Source of the DNA: an uncultured delta proteobacterium
GTDB lineage: Bacteria; Desulfobacterota; RBG-13-43-22
DNA length: 64,000 bases
Assembly: GCA_963802945.1 (NCBI GenBank)
Contig: CAWDKY010000014.1
Location: forward strand, 96,001-160,000
Direction: 5' to 3'
Shown piece by piece: positions 20,939-30,690 of the stretch; within the stretch, counting starts at the first letter, position 1, and the number at the start of each line of letters is the position of its first letter. The notes under the pieces are model-generated. The model ran no database searches, was not told the origin of the DNA, and saw nothing but the letters and a program-made list of their open reading frames with translations. A program made the translations under genes and the position numbers.

Positions 20939-21387
20939 TCATAAAAGCAACCCAAGCCTGCGGAGATCTCTCAGATTTCCGCAGGGGGCACAGTCTGCGG
21001 CACTACATCCCTCGAAATTTTGGTTTTTTCAAGTAAGCTAAGCCAGCAATCTTTTCTCCGCGCGGAGGTTAAGAGGTCTATTTCGCTTTCAATCCTGGAA
21101 AGGGAGTCAGAAAGCGGCCTTCTCAATTTTCGAGTTAGCCTTCGATCCTTGGTATTCTCAGATTTAGAAAGTAAAAGGATCCTACGGATATCTTTAATGG
21201 AGTAACCGATACGTTTGAGAACCTGGGCAGTTTGGATTACTAAAACTACCTCTTCCGCATATAATTTACGACCTCCAGGTGTAATGGAGATTGGAGTTAA
21301 AAGTCCTTCCGCCTCATAATGTCGAATTGTCCGAGGCGTGCAACCTGTGTGGCGGCAAATCTTGCCAATCAATATTCCATCGGCCAT
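20939..21387 (-). CDS. MerR-family transcriptional regulator with frameshifted Cys-rich C-terminus
   Basis: IGKICRHTGCTPRTIRHYEAEGLL HTH; alternate frame ends EGCSAADCAPCGNLRDLRRLGLLL* at 20939. Confidence 0.8.
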
Positions 21388-21421
21388 AAGATTTCTTTAG
21401 GATCCTTGAGGCTTTATTTTT

Positions 21422-21441
21422 ATTACATTACGTAACGTAAT
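21422..21441. promoter_or_regulatory. Palindromic operator candidate upstream of the MerR gene
   Basis: ATTACATTACGTAACGTAAT, 9 of 10 pairs complementary. Confidence 0.55.
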
Positions 21442-21546
21442 ATAATTAGAAGATCATGCCAAGCTTTTTTAAAAAGAGAATTAAAATTAGGTTGAGGTTG
21501 CTTAGAAGGAGTTGATTGTTTTGATAGAATAAACAAATATAATTAG

Positions 21547-21675
21547 TGATAGCGCCTAGTTATTAACCTTTGAGGAAAAGGGGACAAAGGTTTCAAAGGT
21601 GATCAGACTGCCGTCGTAACCATAGGTGATAGCTTTTGTCTCCCTGGTGATGTTCCCGATCTTGGGACCACAGAG
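21547..21675 (-). repeat. Repeat family R1 copy A (RHS/YD-like gene fragment)
   Basis: Core AAGGTTTCAAAGGTGATCAGACTGCCGTCGTAA; minus strand reads LCGPKIGNITRETKAITYGYDGSLITFETF. Confidence 0.8.
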
Positions 21676-21700
21676 CAATCCCGGTGCTGACAGGGGAATA

Positions 21701-22291
21701 TTACTTTGCAGCTGCCTGAAATTCGTTAGACTGAATGAACGCCAACAATTGCTTCTGTATCTCATTGAATACCACATCAAACGCCTCACGTGTCTTGCCA
21801 GGGGATGAAAGCGAAAATTCTCTCTCGAAGTTAATTTGTCTCTGAGCAAGGACCTTTCCATCCAGCGGATCAACAAGTTTTGCTGCAAGTTCGGCTTCTA
21901 TCATATACCTATTGCCATACCCATCACACCAAAAGCGAATTACATCAATAACCAACCTGGGGGCTTTCCTGTCGGTCCCTTCTGAAGTATAGCCGGTATG
22001 CTCCAGGGTATTTTTAGCCATCCCCCTCAAAACTATGTTAATCTCTTTTCCTTCCTCTGTTTGCAGGTCAAAAGGATTTCCATATCCTCCACGAATTTTC
22101 CCTAATAACCCAAAACTCTGGCCTCCATAGTTTATAAGACGTTTGTTGTTGACCTCTCCAACCACGACCGTCCCCCGCCTCACATCCGTTTTAGAAAGCG
22201 AATCAACTTTTATATCCATTGACGGAACACATGCACTCAGGAATGAAAGCAATGGCAATGCAAAAAACAATAACTGGGTTTTTTTCATCAT
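21701..22291 (-). CDS. Lipoprotein (YajG-like)
   Basis: Signal peptide with lipobox LSAC. Confidence 0.7.
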   Translation of the reverse strand: MMKKTQLLFFALPLLSFLSACVPSMDIKVDSLSKTDVRRGTVVVGEVNNKRLINYGGQSFGLLGKIRGGYGNPFDLQTEEGKEINIVLRGMAKNTLEHTGYTSEGTDRKAPRLVIDVIRFWCDGYGNRYMIEAELAAKLVDPLDGKVLAQRQINFEREFSLSSPGKTREAFDVVFNEIQKQLLAFIQSNEFQAAAK

Positions 22292-22425
22292 GTTCTTGTC
22301 CTCCTCTCTTATGCGATTTTGAGGCCGTTGTATAACAGCCTAGGTAACAATGTTTTTTCCTTAAAGAACCAAGCTTGAAAATTTATCACAGCCTATCATA
22401 ACAGAACCAATCCAAATCATAAGGG

Positions 22426-23190
22426 TCAGGCCGAGGCGCCTCCATCGATCACCAGTACGGAACCGGTAATATAACTCGAAGCATCAGAGGCCAGAAAGAT
22501 GGCTCCTGCGGCGACGTCATTGGGTGTACCAATACGACGCAGGGGGTAGCGATTGATGAGGGCCGCCCTTTTTTCCTCCGTGTCGATGAGAGCTTTGGAG
22601 AAACTGGTCTCCACCAACCCTGGAGCGATGGCATTGACCCGGATATTATCAGGCCCCAGCTCTTTGGCAAACCCTTTGGTCAAGTTGATGATACCGGCCT
22701 TGGTCAAACCATAAGTCACTTCGCCCGGCAACGGTCTGATCCCGGCAATAGAGGAGATGTTGATGATCGAGCCGCCGCCCCGCTTCTTCATCAGCTTGGC
22801 GGCCAATTGTATCATCAGATAGAAGCCCTTGAGGTTGACTTCGAAGGTCTTGTCTATCGTGCTCTCGGGGGCGTCGACGGCCGGGCCGTAATAGGGATTG
22901 GTCGCGACGTTGTTGACCAGTATATCGAGCCCTCCGAGTTCCTGCTCCACTCTGGTGAACAGGAGCTTCATGTCAGCAAGTTTTCCACCGTGGCAGACGA
23001 TAGGAACGGCCTTTCCGCCGCTTTGGCGAATAGAGGCGGCGACTTTTTCCAGGTTCTCCGGCTTGCGTGCCGTGATTACGACGGTTGCGCCCTGTTCGGC
23101 AAACCCTCTGGCGATGGCCTCTCCATTGCCGCGACTGGCTCCGCTTATGATGGCAATACGGTTGGTAAGGTCAAAGTTGGCAGTCGGCAT
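22426..23190 (-). CDS. Short-chain dehydrogenase/reductase
   Basis: SGASRGNG, LVNN, YGLTK catalytic motif, IRVNAIAPG. Confidence 0.92.
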   Translation of the reverse strand: MPTANFDLTNRIAIISGASRGNGEAIARGFAEQGATVVITARKPENLEKVAASIRQSGGKAVPIVCHGGKLADMKLLFTRVEQELGGLDILVNNVATNPYYGPAVDAPESTIDKTFEVNLKGFYLMIQLAAKLMKKRGGGSIINISSIAGIRPLPGEVTYGLTKAGIINLTKGFAKELGPDNIRVNAIAPGLVETSFSKALIDTEEKRAALINRYPLRRIGTPNDVAAGAIFLASDASSYITGSVLVIDGGASA

Positions 23191-23462
23191 GGCATTTATC
23201 CTTTCATTGATGAATAATAGAACTAACTATTTCAAGGTTAAAATATACGAAGAATGATCTTGGATGTCAAAGGAATTTATAAAATATGGGGGCTGGTAGT
23301 ATGGCTAACTTTCTTTATTTTGCTTGACAGAAAAATCCTGTTTCAATATATTCAGTGCCGTAAAGAAGAGAGCCTTTAGTCCATTTCGTTGCAAGGGGCG
23401 CTCCTTTTTTTCAAGAAACCCCCTTCTCAAAAGACAATAATTTTTCGACAGGAGGAGATCAT

Positions 23463-24230
23463 ATGAGTTATGAAAGTATTATTGTAGAAACTAAAGATTT
23501 CATTACCACCATTACCCTCAACCGTCCACCCATGAACGCCGTCAATCATGTTTTGCGTATAGAATTTCAAAAGGCCGTTCAGGAAATCGAAAACAGCAAG
23601 GAAACCCGGGTGGTCATCATTACGGGCGCCGGAGATAGGGGGTTCAGCGCCGGCATGGATTTGTCGGACATGGCCAACTACGGCTTAGGGCCTGACGGCA
23701 ATGAAATCATGAATGCCATTTCCCGTTCGGCGAAGCCCTATATAGCGGCGATCAACGGCCACGCTCTGGGCGGCGGCTGCGAAACCGCTCTGGCCTGTCA
23801 TTTCCGTTTCATGACGGACAGTCCCAAGGCCACGATCGGTCTTACGGAAGTCAATCTCGGCATTACCCCAGGCTGGGGCGGCATCCAGCGTTTGCCGCAC
23901 GTAGTCGGGAAACCCAAAGCCCTGGATATGATTTTGTTCAGTAAGAGACTTACCGGGCCGGAAGCCCTGGCGATCGGGTTAGTCGATCGAGTTGTTCCCG
24001 CCGCCGATCTTATGAAGGAGGCCACAGCGTTTGCCCAGACCCTGGCCAAGCGCGCGCCCCTGTCGGTATCTGCGGTACTGGTAGGCATGAGCGTCGGCCT
24101 GGACAAAGGCATTGATGAAGGGTTGAAAGTGGATCGTGAATGGTCATCTAAACTGGGTGCGAGCAAAGACGCCCAGGAAGGCATGGGGGCGTTTTTTCAA
24201 AAACGCGAACCCGTATTTACCGGGGAATAG
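23463..24230 (+). CDS. Enoyl-CoA hydratase/isomerase
   Basis: LNRPPMNA, FSAGMDL, NGHALGGGCE, LTEVNLGITPGWGG. Confidence 0.92.
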   Translation: MSYESIIVETKDFITTITLNRPPMNAVNHVLRIEFQKAVQEIENSKETRVVIITGAGDRGFSAGMDLSDMANYGLGPDGNEIMNAISRSAKPYIAAINGHALGGGCETALACHFRFMTDSPKATIGLTEVNLGITPGWGGIQRLPHVVGKPKALDMILFSKRLTGPEALAIGLVDRVVPAADLMKEATAFAQTLAKRAPLSVSAVLVGMSVGLDKGIDEGLKVDREWSSKLGASKDAQEGMGAFFQKREPVFTGE

Positions 24231-24250
24231 TCACTGAACATCGCTTTAAT

Positions 24251-24312
24251 AAAAGGCGCAGGCTATCGACTTTAACCTGGCAGTGAGGTCATCAGCCTGC
24301 GCCATTTTTTTT
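24251..24312. terminator. Probable bidirectional terminator between convergent genes
   Basis: AAAAGGCGCAGGCT...AGCCTGCGCCATTTTTTTT. Confidence 0.7.
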
Positions 24313-24370
24313 CAAAAATCCTTGGATACCCCGCATGGAAGTATCGGGGTTGAAAAACTAACGGTCCATT

Positions 24371-24652
24371 CTATTTTTTGGCCAGTTGTCTGGCCCAAAT
24401 GGTCAGCCAGATGACGACAAATAACATCAGGGCGATGACGAACTTGGAGGCCACCATGGCCCGCAGCCAGATCGTACGGATTTCCGGCCAGGAAACGCCT
24501 GGACCCCATAAGCAAACTATTCCTGTCGGCTGCTTGTTCATCATCAGTAAATAAACAATCCATTGATACAGCAGGATACAAAAGGCGATTAACAAAGTCC
24601 ACCATCCAGCCGTTGCCGCTCCCCGCACTTTTTTTATAAATAGTTCATCCAT
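24371..24652 (-). CDS. Small two-TM membrane protein
   Basis: AGGAG SD, two hydrophobic helices, 93 aa. Confidence 0.65.
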   Translation of the reverse strand: MDELFIKKVRGAATAGWWTLLIAFCILLYQWIVYLLMMNKQPTGIVCLWGPGVSWPEIRTIWLRAMVASKFVIALMLFVVIWLTIWARQLAKK

Positions 24653-24670
24653 ACCGATCTCCTTTTTTTT

Positions 24671-24810
24671 AAGGTTTCAAAGATGATTAGTCTGTTTTCA
24701 TAACCGTTGTTGATGTTCCTAATCTTCGAACGCAGATATAGTTAAAAGCAAAGTTTTCATCAGAAGTGATGGGTTATCGGCTAAGCACGTTCTGCACGAA
24801 CGCCCCGTCT
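24671..24810 (-). repeat. Repeat family R1 copy B
   Basis: AAGGTTTCAAAGATGATTAGTCTG...TTTTCATCAGAAGTGATGGGTT...; fills almost the whole intergenic space. Confidence 0.8.
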
Positions 24811-25815
24811 TTATTTACTCGGGGAGGGCTTTAAATATTTATCAAACCATTCAACAGCCATCCCGATGGTCTCTGCCCGGCCTTGGTCGTAAATCTGAAA
24901 ATGTGTTCCTGCAAAAACCTCATATTTTGCAGGTACATTACCTTTGACCATATCGTACACCCTTTCCCCATTTTCCCTATTAACAATCAATTCGTCTTTT
25001 TCGGCGACGATGATCAGAATAGGGATCTTTAACCGGCCGGCAAATTCTACAGGACGATATTTTGCAATTCTGGACAAGTGGGGAGTACCGCTGAGGGAAA
25101 ACAGCTTGAAGCCTTGAGGTACCGGATCGATCTCCCCGCGGGCCTGCTGAGTGGCCAGCTTGCGAGGCTGGTAGATCTGATTCACCCAATTGCCGTCCAT
25201 GGAAGGGACATGACTGACGATGCATTGGACACGATCGTCATGTGCGGCCACATAGAGGACATGGCCCCCGCCAAAACTGGTTCCCCAGAGACCGATGCGC
25301 TTGGTGTCCACACCAGGCTCACCGGAAAGAAAGTCGAGGCAATGGATGATGTCTTCGGTCTGGTCAAAGGGGTCCACCAGTTCCCGAATGGCCCGGGCGC
25401 GGACGGTAACATCTCCATTCGCATCAGGAACAGGCATCTTTCCCTTGATGACCAGACGACTGTCACTGTCTCCCCAACCGCGATAGTCAAAAGTCAAAAC
25501 CACGTATCCAGCTTTAGCGAATAGCGGGGCATACCCGGCGTTCAGATGGGACCGCACGCCACCCCATCCATGGCAAAGTATAATGGCCGGGCACTTGTCT
25601 TCGGCTTTCAAACCTTTGGGCCGCCAGAGATCACCGGAAATTCTGGTGCCGTCGCTCCAGATATCCACATGGCGGGATTCTATCCCTACGCTTACGGCCT
25701 CCTCTGACTGCACCTCCCGCGTCCCAAAAAGGATAAGGACCATCAGGGTCATAAGACCGATAACAAAAAAGGTAATGGGAGGTTTTCTCATTTTAAGAGC
25801 GCTCTTTTTTTCCAC
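24811..25815 (-). CDS. Exported alpha/beta hydrolase (S15/S9-like)
   Basis: N-terminal hydrophobic signal, HGWGG, FDYRGWGDS, GTSFGG nucleophile elbow, THF. Confidence 0.85.
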   Translation of the reverse strand: MEKKSALKMRKPPITFFVIGLMTLMVLILFGTREVQSEEAVSVGIESRHVDIWSDGTRISGDLWRPKGLKAEDKCPAIILCHGWGGVRSHLNAGYAPLFAKAGYVVLTFDYRGWGDSDSRLVIKGKMPVPDANGDVTVRARAIRELVDPFDQTEDIIHCLDFLSGEPGVDTKRIGLWGTSFGGGHVLYVAAHDDRVQCIVSHVPSMDGNWVNQIYQPRKLATQQARGEIDPVPQGFKLFSLSGTPHLSRIAKYRPVEFAGRLKIPILIIVAEKDELIVNRENGERVYDMVKGNVPAKYEVFAGTHFQIYDQGRAETIGMAVEWFDKYLKPSPSK

Positions 25816-25842
25816 CTGGGCACAAGACGACAGCTAATCGTT

Positions 25843-26955
25843 CTAACAAGGCGGCCCATATTGACTCATAATAGCCGTATAGGGAACCACCGTTGGCCTG
25901 GCAAAATTTTGCCTGACATCGTTCAGTTTTTCCCCTCTAATCTCAATATCATTCAGGTTTCCCGGGGTCATTCCAGCCTTCCAGGCCCAGACGAAGGTCG
26001 AGATTTCACTCGGTTGAAAACCCATGATGGAGGCAGCGACCATATCTGTTGCCAGCGGGTTCGTACCGGCAATGATGACATCCATCTTTATCAATTTTCC
26101 GCCTCCCATTGCGGATGGACCCTGTCCTTGCATGGCCATAGACCCATCTATGACCACCAGTCCTAGCTTGTTCGCCCGTACCATATCTACGATAGCAGAG
26201 GCCGTTCCAGAACTCTCCACCTTTGTGGCCTCGGAGTGAACTGCCGAACGGACGGTTCCATAGACTTGCCCGGGATAGACCCCTATGAGGTTTTTCATTC
26301 CCAAGGTGACGGTCGCCAGGCCATGTGTTTTCATCATGGGAACGGAACAGAGGAGGTCGGTGTCGGCCAGTGAACGATGAATACTGATCTCCTTGAAAAC
26401 GAAGTTGTTGGGCAAACTCTTTTTCGACATTTCACCAACATGGAGGTTCACGAGTGGTATCTTGAGCGACTTGGCCAGATCGGAATAACCAAGACTGTCG
26501 AAAACGCTTTTTTGGATCTGGTTGAGCATTTCTTTATCGGTCGTTCTGCAAACACTGCCAAAGATGCCCGGACGTATATTACCAGCCCCCGCGGCTGAGC
26601 CTTCGCCGATGGATACATCTTTTCCGGATTCGATCATGAGTTGCGCCAGCGCCTTGATAACGCTCGGTTTTGTTACATCGGTCGGCGCGGGGCTTACAAG
26701 GTTGGGCTTCAACATGATCCGCTCCTTACCAGACGTTATTGACCGCATGCCGCCAAGCAGGTCTATGGCCTTCCTTAGGGCATAATCGATATTGTCTTTA
26801 TCGATCTTCACAACAGAAACGACGTCTTTGTTTTCTAAAGCCAGCGATTCTTTAAGACCTGGAAAGGCAAAAGAAGTCACGATATTTCCCAACCCTAAAA
26901 CAGCTCCTCCTGCTGCCACTTTTTTAATAAAATCTCTTCTGTTGATTTCTTTCAT
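25843..26955 (-). CDS. Tat-exported DUF362-domain protein
   Basis: NRRDFIK Tat motif; KPNLV, VPMMKTH, TLGMKNLIG, GQGP, NPLATD. Confidence 0.85.
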   Translation of the reverse strand: MKEINRRDFIKKVAAGGAVLGLGNIVTSFAFPGLKESLALENKDVVSVVKIDKDNIDYALRKAIDLLGGMRSITSGKERIMLKPNLVSPAPTDVTKPSVIKALAQLMIESGKDVSIGEGSAAGAGNIRPGIFGSVCRTTDKEMLNQIQKSVFDSLGYSDLAKSLKIPLVNLHVGEMSKKSLPNNFVFKEISIHRSLADTDLLCSVPMMKTHGLATVTLGMKNLIGVYPGQVYGTVRSAVHSEATKVESSGTASAIVDMVRANKLGLVVIDGSMAMQGQGPSAMGGGKLIKMDVIIAGTNPLATDMVAASIMGFQPSEISTFVWAWKAGMTPGNLNDIEIRGEKLNDVRQNFARPTVVPYTAIMSQYGPPC

Positions 26956-27160
26956 CGTGACCTCCTATTTTGTTTCTTTCCCTTAGAAAATACATACAGC
27001 GTCTGATGCTCAATAGAAAACAAAAGCCACAACAACCGATTATGTTTTTGCAGACCAACGGTTCCCCAAAATGTACATTATTAATGTTGTTAAGCAGACA
27101 ACCGTTCCCTATTGCCTATTCATCTCCAACAATTCCGAAGATAAATTAGAAATAAAAATT

Positions 27161-27238
27161 AGGGACAGCGCTTCCGTTTTTAGAAAGGTTTCAAAGGTGA
27201 TCAGGCTCCCGTCATAACTGTAGGTGATAGCTTCTGTC
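27161..27238 (-). repeat. Repeat family R1 copy C
   Basis: AGGGACAGCGCTTCCGTTTTTAGAAAGGTTTCAAAGGTGATCAGGCTCCCGTCATAACTGTAGGTGATAGCTTCTGTC. Confidence 0.8.
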
Positions 27239-27274
27239 CGGCTCCACGTCCTGCCTCAGACGAGAAGGGGGATG

Positions 27275-28576
27275 CTATGTGCAAAGTTTTCTTACGATAT
27301 CAATATAAATGGCAGTCCCCTTTATCATATTATCAATAGATATCTTTTCATCCTTTCCATGAATCATATTTAAATGCTCTCCAGGAATAACAATAGGACT
27401 AAACCCATAAGCAGTTATTCCCTTTTCCCTAAAATAACGAGAATCAGATGTCCCAGATAAAAGGTAAAAAAGCATTAGAGAATTTTTAAAATGTTCATTA
27501 AGCACATCCTGAATAATAATAAAATCTTTATTATGGGTATCAGACACATTTCCTTCTGAGGCTAATATTTTTTCTATTTTTATATCCTTATCAGCAAGTT
27601 TTTCCCTTACAAAGTCAACGAACTCATTAATATCCTGACCCGGCAACAATCGGATATCCAGCTGTGCTTTAGCATAATCTGGAATTACATTTATCTTATC
27701 ACCTGCCTTTAACATATTAAGGCTAATGGTGTTTCTTACCATCGCATTTATTTGTGGCACTCCGAGCATACCATTTTTCTTTATTACCCGGGCTAATGTT
27801 TTATATTTGCCATCTTTTTTAAAGGGACTGAGGAAAGTCCATTCGGATGAAAGCTTTTTAAAATAGTCTCCCACGATTGGAGTAATAATTATTGGCAGCT
27901 CTGCTGAAAGAAGCCTGTTTAATGCTTTAGTCATTTTCACTAAGGCATTCTGAAAATGGGGTGTAGAACCATGCCCGGAAGGTCCGTTACAAGTTAACTT
28001 AAGCCAGCATGGTCCCTTTTCAGCAGTGGCAAAAAGCATTATAATTTTATCTGGAATAATATCTGAAATTCCATAGGCACCTTCATTTAAAACAAGGGCT
28101 GCTTTAAAATCATCAGGGTAATTTTCCAATAGGTACCTCATCCCCAACGAGCCCCCCGTTTCTTCGTCGGCCACCGCAAGAAATACCAGGTCGCGATTAA
28201 GCGAGACGTCCTCTCTTCTCATAGCCAAAATGGCCATAAGCTGCATTACACCAATACTTTTCATATCCAGGGCCCCACGCCCACAGATATACCCGTCTAT
28301 GATATTCCCCCCGAATGGATCGAATGTAAACTCCTTGGAGTTTGCAAAAACCACATCCATATGGTTTAGGAGTATAAGGGGCCCTTTTTTACCGGGACCG
28401 GTTAATTTAGCTTTTATGGAAACTCTTCCAGGTTTGGATTCATAAGTCTGGTAGGTTATTTTTTCTTTGTCGAATATTTCAGCAAAGAACTCCACCGCTT
28501 TCGCCTCATTTCCAGGCGGATTTGTTGTATTGATCTGTAGGTATTTTGAAAGAATTTCTACCGGTTCAGGTATCAT
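27275..28576 (-). CDS. M20/M25/M40 metallopeptidase (ArgE/DapE-like)
   Basis: NPPGNE, NHMDVV, GRGALDMK, ADEETGG, GHGS, IHGKDE; visibly AT-rich. Confidence 0.9.
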   Translation of the reverse strand: MIPEPVEILSKYLQINTTNPPGNEAKAVEFFAEIFDKEKITYQTYESKPGRVSIKAKLTGPGKKGPLILLNHMDVVFANSKEFTFDPFGGNIIDGYICGRGALDMKSIGVMQLMAILAMRREDVSLNRDLVFLAVADEETGGSLGMRYLLENYPDDFKAALVLNEGAYGISDIIPDKIIMLFATAEKGPCWLKLTCNGPSGHGSTPHFQNALVKMTKALNRLLSAELPIIITPIVGDYFKKLSSEWTFLSPFKKDGKYKTLARVIKKNGMLGVPQINAMVRNTISLNMLKAGDKINVIPDYAKAQLDIRLLPGQDINEFVDFVREKLADKDIKIEKILASEGNVSDTHNKDFIIIQDVLNEHFKNSLMLFYLLSGTSDSRYFREKGITAYGFSPIVIPGEHLNMIHGKDEKISIDNMIKGTAIYIDIVRKLCT

Positions 28577-28595
28577 AATACAAACTCCCAAAGCT

Positions 28596-28650
28596 AAGGA
28601 CAGTGCCCGTTTTTAATAAGGTTTCAGAGGTGATCAGACTGCCGTCATAA
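28596..28650 (-). repeat. Repeat family R1 copy D
   Basis: AAGGACAGTGCCCGTTTTTAATAAGGTTTCAGAGGTGATCAGACTGCCGTCATAA. Confidence 0.8.
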
Positions 28651-28666
28651 AAGCTGACCGGATCAT

Positions 28667-30103
28667 CTAATCTTCAATCCCCGCCAATTTTTTAGCCAGC
28701 TTCTTCTTGCTTTCCGTATCACTTTCCCGGAAAAGGGTCACCCTGTGGGCCTCGGGAGAACCACCGCCATGGATATCCGATATAGTATCCGCGCTTTCCA
28801 GGGCCATTTTTTCAACGAGCCTAAACATCTTGACGCGGTTTTCCACGGGGACTCCCTCCGCACCCTTCATGTATTTCTTTAAAAGACCGCCGATCTCCGA
28901 ATTATCAAAGTCCCTGTCGGACGGCAGGTCAGCCACATAACCACCACAGATATCCACCATAAGGCGCATGGCCTCGCTTAATTCCTTCCCTTCATGGATC
29001 TTCGATGCATTGGCCAGGACTGTATCGATAAAATAGGTACCCGAAGGCTCTTTTTTACCTTCATAGGATGAAGCCAAACAACATCCATAGAGGGTTTCAG
29101 CCCTGTGGATCATGTCAATAACCTTCTGCTTAAGATGACCGGCCTTTTGGGTGCCGTTGTAGTCCATCATGGTCAGGGAAGCGCCGATCATGCAGTCGAT
29201 CTTGCCGGCCTTACAGCCGCCGTGACTCTGTCTGTGGAATGAGGAAAAACGGACTACCATTTCCGAGGCGAATTCCGTCTCCCCGCACATAAAGACCCTT
29301 TTCCAGGGGACAAAGACGTCATTGAAAATAATGGTCGGGCAATATTTGGAGTACCTAAAATTGCCAAGGTCGCAGCCGTCCAGTTCGCGGGTGTCCAGGC
29401 TGGATCGTCCTACGACATGGATCAATCCCTTGGTATCGGCCGGCACGGCAAAGGATACCGCGTAATCCTTATCTTCTTTGCTCAAGGCCCTGGTGGGTAA
29501 GACGATAATCTCATGACAGGACAGGGATCCTGTCTGATGCGCCTTGGCGCCGCGCACCACGATCCCGTCATCCCTTTTCTCAACGACGTGCAGGTACATG
29601 TCCTTGTCTTTCTGTTCCGTAGGGCCGAGCGACCTGTCGCCCTTGACGTCGGTGACGGCGGCATTGCCGGTCAGGTCATTTTTCTGCATATGTTTAAGAA
29701 ACTGGATAAAGTTTTCATAATATTTCGTGCCGTATTTCTTATCGATATCAAAGGTCACTATGGATAAAGCGGATAGACAATCCAGGCCGGTGCATCTTTG
29801 GTGGCATGTACCGACCAGGTTGGCCACCTTCCTATTGAGCTTTACCCGCGCGACCAGGTCTTCAATGGAAGAAGGCGGCAAGGTGAAACGGTTGACCGGT
29901 TCGTTAATGAGGGGGCTTTGGGTAACCGCCAGCCCTCGATATTCATCCTTCTCGGCCACTTCATAGGTTACGGCCGTGGCCTCAATCCCGGCCCTGAGCC
30001 TGGGGTTATCTACAATATTCGTAATCCTCTCACCGAACATGAAGGCCGTCGGTTTCAATTTTCGCAAAGACTCTATATATTGTTCTTTGGTCATCAATCC
30101 CAT
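28667..30103 (-). CDS. abfD: 4-hydroxybutyryl-CoA dehydratase/vinylacetyl-CoA isomerase family
   Basis: GTCHQRCTGLD and HRQSHGGCK Fe-S ligands, TDVKGDRS, RGAKAHQTG, IHGGGSP. Confidence 0.8.
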   Translation of the reverse strand: MGLMTKEQYIESLRKLKPTAFMFGERITNIVDNPRLRAGIEATAVTYEVAEKDEYRGLAVTQSPLINEPVNRFTLPPSSIEDLVARVKLNRKVANLVGTCHQRCTGLDCLSALSIVTFDIDKKYGTKYYENFIQFLKHMQKNDLTGNAAVTDVKGDRSLGPTEQKDKDMYLHVVEKRDDGIVVRGAKAHQTGSLSCHEIIVLPTRALSKEDKDYAVSFAVPADTKGLIHVVGRSSLDTRELDGCDLGNFRYSKYCPTIIFNDVFVPWKRVFMCGETEFASEMVVRFSSFHRQSHGGCKAGKIDCMIGASLTMMDYNGTQKAGHLKQKVIDMIHRAETLYGCCLASSYEGKKEPSGTYFIDTVLANASKIHEGKELSEAMRLMVDICGGYVADLPSDRDFDNSEIGGLLKKYMKGAEGVPVENRVKMFRLVEKMALESADTISDIHGGGSPEAHRVTLFRESDTESKKKLAKKLAGIED

Positions 30104-30163
30104 TTATGTTCCTCCTCGTGTTTTTTGAATAAATGCTTATTTCCCGATTATAACTTTAAACTT

Positions 30164-30338
30164 GGCATAGCGCCCATTTTTAGTAAGATTTCAGAGGTGA
30201 TCAGACTGCCGTCATAATGCTGGTGATAGTTTCTGTCTTCCTGGAGATGTTCCTGATCTTCAAACCGCATAGATAGTTAAAAACAACATTTTCATCAGAA
30301 GTGATGGGTTGTTGGCTAAGAATGTTTTGCAAGGGCGT
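30164..30338 (-). repeat. Repeat family R1 copy E (longest)
   Basis: Minus strand reads ITSDENVVFNYLCGLKIRNISRKTETIT-x-YDGSLITSEIL with one frameshift. Confidence 0.8.
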
Positions 30339-30455
30339 TAAGCTTTACGTACCATAGTTGGTGGTCATTAAAATATGGGAAGTGTCCCTCATTTTCACAT
30401 TTTTTATTGAATTCATTAAGATTTGAATCTCTTGGTTTGGTCCCCCCGTTCAATA

Positions 30456-30547
30456 AAAATTGCCTCACCGCACGGAATTCAACCTGTGCACCTACAACTC
30501 TTCAAAAAAGTTGGAACTAAAAATTAATGATTATGGATGGAAATATG
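30456..30547 (+). repeat. Repeat family R2 copy 1
   Basis: AAAATTGCCTCACCGCACGGAATTCAAC...CACCTACAACTCTTCAAAAAA...AAAATTAATGATTATGGATGGAAATATG. Confidence 0.7.
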
Positions 30548-30690
30548 GGAGAAATGGTTGGACCCCTCTGATCCTGAACTTAAAGTGCCATCGCTCCTTT
30601 TTTGGCCGTAGCCGCCTTCTTTCTTTGGGCTAACTCAGAGCTTATCCCCATGTTCAGGCTGCCCAACTAAGGAATCCACCCCCCCTTCAT

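Noticed and set aside
21445-21465. sigma54 promoter upstream of MerR (TTGGCATG on the minus strand)
   Set aside because: The -12 TTGC element is absent at the required spacing.
21556-21888. 110-aa minus-strand ORF as a real gene
   Set aside because: Its 5' half overlaps the lipoprotein gene in another frame; only the 3' part is the RHS-like remnant.
21547-30338. R1 repeats as a CRISPR array
   Set aside because: Copies are kilobases apart, variable in length and degenerate; there are no regular spacers and no cas genes.
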